NCBI RefSeq assembly: GCF_009914755.1
Contig: NC_060929.1
From: the human T2T-CHM13v2.0 reference genome, Homo sapiens
Strand: one strand, 5' to 3'
DNA: 64,000 bases
Program-made: the position numbers and the translations under genes
In this document: piece by piece, positions 54,265 through 64,000 of the stretch
Layout of the letters: every line of letters begins with the position of its first letter
How positions within the stretch are numbered: the stretch's first letter is position 1
Notes under the pieces: generated by a model
Seen by the model: the letters and a program-made list of their open reading frames with translations, nothing else
What the model was told of the DNA's origin: nothing
Databases searched by the model: none

Positions 54265-54440
54265 CTAATCTACTATGTAACAATACTTGAAAACCACACA
54301 AAAAAAATGCTGCTGGAAGAAATTTTAAAAGACAAAAGTAAATGGGAAGACATCTCACGTTCTTAAATTGGAAGACTTAGTATTGTTAAAATATCCATAC
54401 TATCCAAAGCAATCTGCAGATTCACTGCAATCCACGTCAA
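54265..54440 (+). mobile_element. Isolated internal L1 ORF2 fragment
   Basis: 'aaatgggaagacatctcacgttcttaaattggaagacttagtattgttaaaatatccatactatccaaagcaatctgcagattcactgcaatc'. Confidence 0.75.
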
Positions 54441-56779
54441 GGATGGTAGCCATAAAAAGATGAGAAAAGGGACAAATGGGAGGCCACATTATTAGAAAAG
54501 AACTTTGAAAGAACTTAAAAGTCTTGGAGACTTGATTGGATTACAGGAAATGAACAGGAGTGAAAAATGGCCACTGGACTTGATATGCAAGCCTTTCTAG
54601 TCCTTTTTTCTAAATATCTGAGTTTGGGAAAGGTTGAAGTGTGGGAAGGGATTAATGAAGCATATCTCTATATCTACTTCCACACATCTGTCCCTATTTA
54701 AATTCATCCTCTTTAGCCATGCTATTTTTCTCTCTCATTAAAAATGACTTGATTTCTGTTATCTTTCTCAGCTCAGACCAACTGAAAACATAAAAATCAA
54801 CTCTCTGTTCTAAGTGATTTATAAATATATTGAAATTTTTTATTCTCAGAATTGATGTGTTTAACATATACTTCCCTTCTCCCTGCTCCTTAAACTGAAA
54901 CCAATCCGCATCAATAACCACCCAATGAATTGTTCAATATTCAAGACTGCATCTTCTCCACATAGTAGGAAGAATGTGGTCTTATGAGAAAATATACACC
55001 TCAGAATAATATGGAACATACAGAGAGAACAAACTCCTCTTACCCCAAGGGGAAAAGACATAAAAGATTGCATTGTGCTTTCAATAGACAAACTAGCAAG
55101 GCTTGTGCAAGTGATTTTACATAAACAACAAAGAGCTCTGCAAGTATTTCCCTCAGTGCATTGAGCAATATGCCCCAAAGAAACCCTAACCAGAAAGAAA
55201 AAGTAGGCGGCTATAACTAAGGGGCACTTGCGTCCCTGCTTTCATGTAGTTTATTTCTTGTAAGTGACCTCTGCCACTTTGGCTTTATGTGTGGGCACTC
55301 ATCCTTTACAAGCAAATACAATTGTGAGGCATTTTCCTCTGTGTATAGTTAGATAATGAATTCTTCCTGTTGCAAAGTGACCTCAAGAGCCCAAAACCTC
55401 ATTTCATTTCAATTTGTGCCAATGAAACGCTTGACAAATTGCTCTTTTTAGAATCATGTATAAGTTTGGGTTGTGGGCCTAAGCATTGTTGCTCTTCTGA
55501 CAAGGACAAATCGGGCTGTAGTATTTGGTCCCTATTCTTTGCAGTGCCAGTGATTACAGGAAAGGCTGGGTAGTATTAGCATTGAGTATTTCTCTGCAAT
55601 TCATTCATTTTGAGGACAATTACTGAAAAACCACAAAGTACTGAAGGGATAAAATCAGCAAATGGAGACTGACTCTTATATTTAAATATATAATCACACA
55701 AAGATGCATACCCAGGAAAAATATTGTTTCAGGAGTATTCTTGGAATATTCGCTATTCCTTATTCTTCAATACAGAAAACTTCATATTTCTAGTCAGAGT
55801 TTTTGTAATGTGAGAGATCTAAAAAGAACAATTTTCTACTTGTGCTCTTGGCAAATGCTGAAGCTCTTCTGCTGGAATTCTGTCATCTTTTTTATGAACT
55901 CAGATGATAAACCAAATTTGCACATTGTTGATCTAAAGCCCAAGTCTTTAACCTGAGCATAATGAAATCACATTAGGAGACATGCCTGTCCAAACACCAC
56001 AGTAACAGTTCCAGTGCTGCTTGGAATAGCTGCCATTTGCTCATCTCTTCTCAGCTCCAAATTATGTGAGCTTCACCTGTTCCCATCTCAAATTATCCTA
56101 TAATTGCCTTTTATATTATAGGGTTATATCAGCCATATCAACTGTACCAACTGGCACCCAGACATCAGGAATATGGAACTGGCTATAACCCTTTGCTCAC
56201 CTCATATGCTCTGATCAATTCTTACAGAATAGTCTAAGGAAATAAAAGTTTGCCTTAAACCCAGAAATTTACTAAAAGGGTCCTCTAATACATTCTTTAA
56301 TATGAAGTACTCCTCAAAGTCACAAAATTTATCTCCATGTTATTTGTTTTAAAAAAATACTTGCATAATAAATAAATAAATAATATACTTGTATAATTTG
56401 CTATTCATTTACCAGGAACAAATATCAAAATTACATAATGATCATCAGACATTATATTGAAGATTTTTGTCTAGTTATTTGAAAATTAAAAGCTACTTTC
56501 AAGCTTCCCAAAATTGACTTGGATCCCCCTTAGCTGTTTGTGAATTCCTGCTATGTTAGTTTCTAAGTCAAACACTATTCCTGCTTATTCTGTTTTCTTA
56601 ATAAAAGATTATTTGAAAATCAGCTGTAAAAAACCTTTTAATTTAGGAAAAAGTGCTTTAAAATCTTGTAGAAAGTGATTTCTCTAATTGTATGTTTATT
56701 ATGCACATTCCTTTTAACGGACAAAGTCTTCAGAGAGCCATTAAATCACAAAAGCAATGGGCATGGGGTCAGCAATTCT

Positions 56780-56870
56780 CCACCCTGACACCTTCAAGTT
56801 CCGTGAACTGGGGCAGAAATTTGGCCTCTCTGGACTTGAATTTCCTCATTTTTAAAAACAGGAATAACTG
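56780..56870 (+). mobile_element. MIR fragment
   Basis: 'gtgaactgggcagaaatttggcctctctggacttgaatttcctcatttttaaaa'. Confidence 0.65.
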
Positions 56871-59062
56871 GACTTAATTTCCAACAGTATGGTAGAATGG
56901 ATACTGTAAACAGCCACCCAGCCCCCTGATGATAACCAAAAAATACTGAATAATATATTAAAAGGATCTTTTAAAATTCAACACTGAGCTGGCAATGAAA
57001 TAATGACTCATCAGAGGAAAAAAAATAATAAGTGAAAGCTGGAATCCAGGAAAGTAAGGAGAGTTCTGAGGGAGGTTTCTATCCAGAGGATATCTAATTA
57101 GCCCAGAGACTTTGAGCTTCAGTTGACAGCTCAGATATAAAATAAGTACATTTAATGTTTAAAGATGTAAAAGAGGACACTTAAATATGAGAGAAAGTTA
57201 CTATAAAATAAATGAAGACAATCAGAAGAAAACAAAACTAACAAATAAAAAATAATAATTAAAAACTTAAAATCTATACATGAGATCAATAGCACATTAG
57301 ACACAGCTGAAGAGAAGATTTGCAAGCTAGAAGACAGATATGAAGAGATTATCCAAATCTTGATAGGTATTGCATTGAATCTGTAGATTGCTTTGTGTAG
57401 TATAAACATTTTAGTAATTAAAAGAATTGGAAGAATTGTTAATATGTCCCAAAATGATCTACAGATTAACTTCCAGTTCATGAACATGGGATATCTTTCC
57501 ATTTATGTCTTCTTCAATAGCAGAAATAGACAGAATAATAAAAAATCAATCAAATGTTTAAAAGTATGAAGGATAGACTGATAAAATCTAGTGTAATCTA
57601 TTAAGATATCAGCCAGGAAAGAGGAAGAATAAGAGAGATAAAATATACAAAGAGAGAATGGTTGAGAATCTCCCAGATTTGAAATAAGACAGTAAATCTC
57701 AGGTTCAGGAATTCTATTGAATTACCAGAAAAATAAGAATTGTTTTACTCCACTTCTAGATATATCACAGGGAAACTTGGGGACTGCAAAGAGAAAGAAT
57801 ATATAATATTGAGCCAGAGAGAAAATACAGATTACTTACAAGGGACCTACTATTAAACTGATAGCAAAATCTTCAATACCAACAATAGAAAACAGAAGAC
57901 AATGAAGCAATATCTTTAAAATTCTAGGAGAATAGAACCACAAGCTAAAATTATGTGCCTTATTTAAAACTCCTTTGAAATAATCACAGGTGAAATACAG
58001 ATATTTTAGACAAACAAAAACTGAGTTTGCCTATATATACACTTTTGAAAGGAAATCCTAAAGGATGTACTTGAGGCAGAAAGAAAAAATAATGCCAATA
58101 GGAAGGTCTGAAATGTAAAATGAAATAGTTCAAAAAGAACATGGCATATATGTGGGCAAATCTAAATAATTGTATAAAACAACAGTATTGTCTAAACTGA
58201 AAGTTTAAAAGAAGAAGAGACTAAAATACCATCCAAAAATGGAGTATGAATCAGATGGGAGATAAGCAAAACTAAAGCATCCTTGGATTAATGTATTGTT
58301 CTAGAGAAGAGTAGACATTCATTTTAGACAATGTTAAACATCCATATTTTCTAGAGGTTAACCTCTACAAAAATAGAATAATACTCAAGCTAGAGTATGA
58401 AGAAGAAAAATGAAAGAAGAAAAAAGACAACAACCCCAAAAGAAGATAAGAAAGGGAAAAAAAAAGAAATACAGAAAAGGATAACTAGAAAGCACAAAAC
58501 AAATTAGTAGAAATGAAACCAGGACATCTATTATCACAAAGCTTTCATACAGAGGATATTCTCAGACTATGATGCCGTTATGTTAGATGTTAATAACTGA
58601 GTGATAAATAGAACAAAATGCATAAGTTTGAAATTTTTAAAACATACTTTTGAATAACACATGTTAAAAATAAACCAGAAAAGTTTAAATTTCTACATAT
58701 CAAATTATTACATAAAGTATTATGATACAGCTATATGTTACTTAGAAAGAATTATATAGCTTTAAGGACTTTTATTAGAAAAAATGAAAAGCTCAAAATT
58801 AATTAAGCATTTGACTTGAGAATTTGGTTAAAAAAAATCTCCAACTACACTCCAAAATATAAATAGAACGTAACTAGATGAGAAATTAACAAACTAGAAA
58901 ACATAAAACCAATTTATATAAAAAAGCAAAGGTCAAAAATAGTCAAGATGCTCCTAAAGAAGAAGAACAAGGTAGACAGACACCTTATCGGATAGGAATA
59001 GGTACCATAAAAAGGAAAATATAATCTTGGCAGTGGATGGATTTCTCTAAACATACATACAG

Positions 59063-59065
<3 letters not shown>

Positions 59066-59107
<42 letters not shown>
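59066..59107. repeat. (CA)n microsatellite
   Basis: Perfect CA run. Confidence 0.98.
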
Positions 59108-59113
<6 letters not shown>

Positions 59114-59666
59114 GCCACAAGTCATAAAGGAAAAGCTCAACATATTTGACTAAATTAAATAGAGCAATTAAGAACTGCTATTATCAGAAAGATACCATAG
59201 ACAGGTAAAAGGACAATCTACAAACTGAAAGAAAATTTGTAACACAGAACTGTCAAAGGATTCTTATTTATAATACACAGAGAACTCTTATACATCAACT
59301 AGAATATACAAAACAAAAGTGGGGAAATAGGCCAAGACAGGAACAGTACCTTTATAGAAAAGGAAATACAAGTACCTGAAAGGATGCTCAACCTGAACAT
59401 CATTAAATAAAAGTAGACCCACACAATAATATTATTTTAGGCTCATCAGACAGGCAAAAATAAAAAAAAAATCTAGAAATGCCAAAAGTTAGCAAGGATG
59501 TAAAGCAATAAATATTTATATATTAGTGGGAGTGCAAATGTTTGCAATTGCTCTGGGAAACAATTTGGCGTTGTTTAAAGTGATGAATGATCTGGTTCTG
59601 CATTGCCAGCCAGCAGAGTTGAAGCCCCTGCTGCTCAAAATGGGAAATCACGTATTTTATATATGT

Positions 59667-59702
59667 ATGTGTGTGTGCATGTGTGTGTGTGTGTGTGTGT
59701 GT
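59667..59702. repeat. (TG)n microsatellite
   Basis: TG run. Confidence 0.95.
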
Positions 59703-60015
59703 ATAAAATAATCTAGCAAGTACTACCACATATATATATACAGTTTACTCCTAACTAGCTATGGCAAAAGACCTGTAGAGTAATTCATTATAACATTATT
59801 TGTAATAGGGAAAATAAAGAAATGGCTTCAATATCCATCACCAGTAGATGCGAAGACAAATTGTAGAATTTTTCGTCAATGAAATACTATACAGAAATAG
59901 AAAATAATTAACTACAGGTAGCCTCATCAACACAGATAAATCTCAAAACACTAGTAAATTCAGGAAAACTGTAAGTCAAGAGAAATACATATAGTATAAA
60001 GACTTATACAGTTCA

Positions 60016-60381
<366 letters not shown>

Positions 60382-61706
60382 TTAAGCATAATGGTTACCA
60401 CTGAGAGACCAAAGAAAGGGGGATGGGCTCTTTGAAGGGCCTTAAAAGGTACTGGAAACTTTCTATATTTCCTGGGTAGGGAAATAGCCAGAGCAGAATG
60501 GCAGAACAGGACTCTTCAGTGATCACTTCTTCATAGAAATATCAATTTAAACAACTATTCATACACAAAAATACCTTCACAATTGCTAAGGAAACCAAGG
60601 GAGACTTTGCAGTATCTGGTTATAGGAAAATAACAAGAAAGATGCATTGGAAAGGGTAGAAAGGACACTTTTACATTAACCACATCACCCTTCTCCCAAC
60701 TCAACACTGGGAGAGATATTGTCTAGCTGTGGAAAAGAGAGGGAAGTGAGGGTAAGACTTTACCTTGGACAATAACAAGAGGTCAACCACAGTAAGACCC
60801 AGCACCAAGCAGACCCTCATGACCCCCGACTCCAGTCTGGTACCTGCAAACCAAGCCCCCAGACCTGTCCCAGTGCCAGGTGGTAACCTATAACCCCAGT
60901 GAGGTGGGTTCAAACCAGTCCACATACCCACTGGCCAATTAGAGCAGCACTGGGCTTCAGGCAACCCTCAGTGGCAGGCAGGCCCCAGTGTCCACAGACT
61001 TCAGGTGCAAGCTAGTGATATGCCAGCCTCCTCAGCCATGGGCTTTGGACATGCCCTAGCTCCCTCCACACCAGCCTCAGCAACCACAAGATTCCAGCCC
61101 AGTGCCTCACCAGCCACAGTGGTCCTGGGCTTAGGGACCACACCAGACAGCTTGCTCAGACTCTCTGGATAGGCTCACTGTTGAAGGGCTTTCCCAGAAA
61201 AAGCTAGTCTGCAAACACTGGAAAAGTACTTACTTCTTTAAATGAGCAAATATCAACAAATGCCCATAGGATCAAGAATAATCAAGGAAACATGGCATAC
61301 CCAAATGAACAAAATAAGGTGCCAGGGATTGTCCCTTAAAATGGAGATATGTAAACTGGTTGACAAAAAATTTAAAATAACTGTTTTAGGGAAGTTCAGC
61401 AAACTTCAATAAAATACAGAGAAACAATTCAGGAAAATGAGAAAAATAATAAATGACCAGAATGAGAAATTTCACAAAGATATGAAATAATGAAAACCCA
61501 ACATAAATCTTAGAGGTGAAAAATACAATGAAAGATATAAAAATGCAATAAACAGTATCAAGAACAGAAATGATCAAGCTAAAGGAAAAATCTGTAAACT
61601 CAAAGATGGATTATTTTAACATATACAGTCAAAGGGAAAAAAAGAATAAAGAATAAAAAGAAATGAAGGAATCTTACAGAATTTATGGCATAACATCAAA
61701 AGAGCA

Positions 61707-62316
<610 letters not shown>

Positions 62317-62598
62317 AAAAAGCACATTTTCAAGTCACAGGAGTCAAGATGGAGAAGAGAAAAATACAGGCATGGAAAGCTTATTTAAAGAAATAATAGA
62401 ATAAAACATTCCAAACCTGGAGAAAAATATAAATATCCAAGTACATAAAGGTCAAAAGTCTCTAATCAGATCCAATTAAAACAGGGCTACCTCAAGACGT
62501 ATTATAATCAAACTGTCAAAAATCAAAGATAAAGAGAGGATCCTGAAAGCAGCAAGAGAAAAGAAGCATTCCCTTATAATAGAATATAAGGGAATTCT

Positions 62599-62672
62599 GC
62601 TTGCAGTGAGCCAAGATCATACCACTGCACTCCAGGCTGGGCAACAGAGCGAGACTCCATCTAAAAAAAAAA
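62599..62672 (+). mobile_element. Severely 5'-truncated Alu (Y-like 3' end)
   Basis: 'gcttgcagtgagccaagatc...gagcgagactccatct' plus A tail; 17-bp target duplication agaatataagggaattc. Confidence 0.93.
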
Positions 62673-63402
62673 AGAATATAAGGGAATTCCAATATTCCCT
62701 GGCAACAGACTAACAGAAATTTGACAGCCTGGGAGAGACTAGTATGATATATTCAAAGTGCTTAAGGAAAAAATCTCTCCTCCATTATACAGTATCCAAC
62801 AGTACACAACAAAGCTGTTCTTCAGAAAATGTTGGAAGAGAGATAAAGACTTCCTTAGAGAAACAAAACCTGAGGAAGTTCATCACCAACAGAACTAAAG
62901 GTAGTTCTTCAAGGTAAAAGAAAAGAATGCCAATGAGTAATACAAAAACATCTGAAAAGTATAAAACTCCCTGGTAAAAGTAAGAAAAATGTAAGAAAAA
63001 GTAAGAAAACTTTCTTACTGTTAAGAAAAAGTGAGATAAGTTATATATTAGATCACAAGATAAGTCTTCACAATTTTTAAAAGACTGAAATAATATCAAG
63101 TATCTTTTCTGACCACAATAATATGAAACTAGAGGTCTAAAACAGGAAGAATTTCAGAAAATTTACAAATACATGGAAATTAACATGTTCCTGAATAACC
63201 ATGGGTCAATGAAGAAATTAAAAGAAAATTTTAAAAATATCTTGAGAGAAAAAAATGGAAACACAACACACCAAAACTTATGAGATGCAACAAAGCAGAG
63301 GAAAGCCTATAGCAATAAATACCTATATAAAAAAGAAAAATCTCAAACATGTTGCACCTCAGAAAACTAGAAAAATAAGAATACATTAGGCCCAAAAGTT
63401 AA

Positions 63403-64000
63403 GAACCCTCACAGAATCAATTTAACCCCCCTGCCACCTCCAGCAGAACAGGTACTGGTATCCATGGATGAGAGACCCATAGATTGTTCACACCACAGGA
63501 CTCTGTGCAGACAACCCCCAGTACCAGCCCAGAGCCTGGTAGACTTGCTGGGTGGCTAGACCCAGAAGAGAGATAACAATCACTGCAGCTCAGCTCTCAG
63601 GAAGCCACATCCATAGGAAAAGGGGGAGAGTACTACATCAAGGCAACATCACATGGGACAAAATAACCTGAACAACAGCCTTCAGCCCTAGACCTTCTCT
63701 CTGACGGAACCTACCCAAATGAGAAGGAACCAGAAAACCAACTGTGGTAATATGACAAAACAAGGCTTTTTAACACCCCCAAAAAATCACACTAGCTCAC
63801 CAGCAATGGATTCAACCAAGAAGAAATCCCTGATTTACCTGAAAAAGAATTCAGGAGGTTAGTTATTAAGCTAATCAGGGAGGCACCAGGGGAAGTCAAA
63901 GCCCAGTGCATGGAAATCCAAAAAAAACAAAAACAAAAACAAACAAACAAACAAAAAGATACAAGAAGTAAAGGGAGAAATATTCAAGAAAATAGATAGA
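63403..64000 (+). mobile_element. L1PB-like LINE-1 5' region/ORF1 start, running off the window
   Basis: 'caggactctgtgcagacaacccccagtaccagcccagagcctggtagacttgctgggtggctagacccagaagag' and 'gaaaaagaattcaggaggttagttattaagctaatc'. Confidence 0.8.

Overview
This is primate (human-like) genomic DNA, non-coding and dominated by transposable-element fossils. No protein-coding gene, RNA gene or CpG island can be supported. The ORF track consists of decayed LINE-1 ORF2/ORF1 pieces, MaLR internal pieces, Alu read-throughs and chance ORFs. 3.4-25.3 kb is one old LINE-1 (L1MC-type, minus strand) expanded to about 22 kb by nested insertions: two L1MA-type elements, a complete MST provirus, an old-primate L1, Alus and a both-end-truncated L1. 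25.3-56.8 kb mixes unique sequence (several homeobox-motif-rich candidate enhancer blocks) with MER6, MIR, L2, MER5A, MER102, MLT1, LTR16, Alus and a complete THE1 provirus. 56.9-64 kb is another plus-strand L1 stack. I found no evidence of a new biological system. The most interesting signals are small repair and rearrangement scars: a 36-nt copy of the THE1 internal sequence pasted about 1.1 kb away into an L2, a fold-back L1 insertion, an internal L1 inversion and an orphan A50 tract. Subfamily names come from recalled consensus motifs rather than a search, and boundaries of old repeats are approximate.
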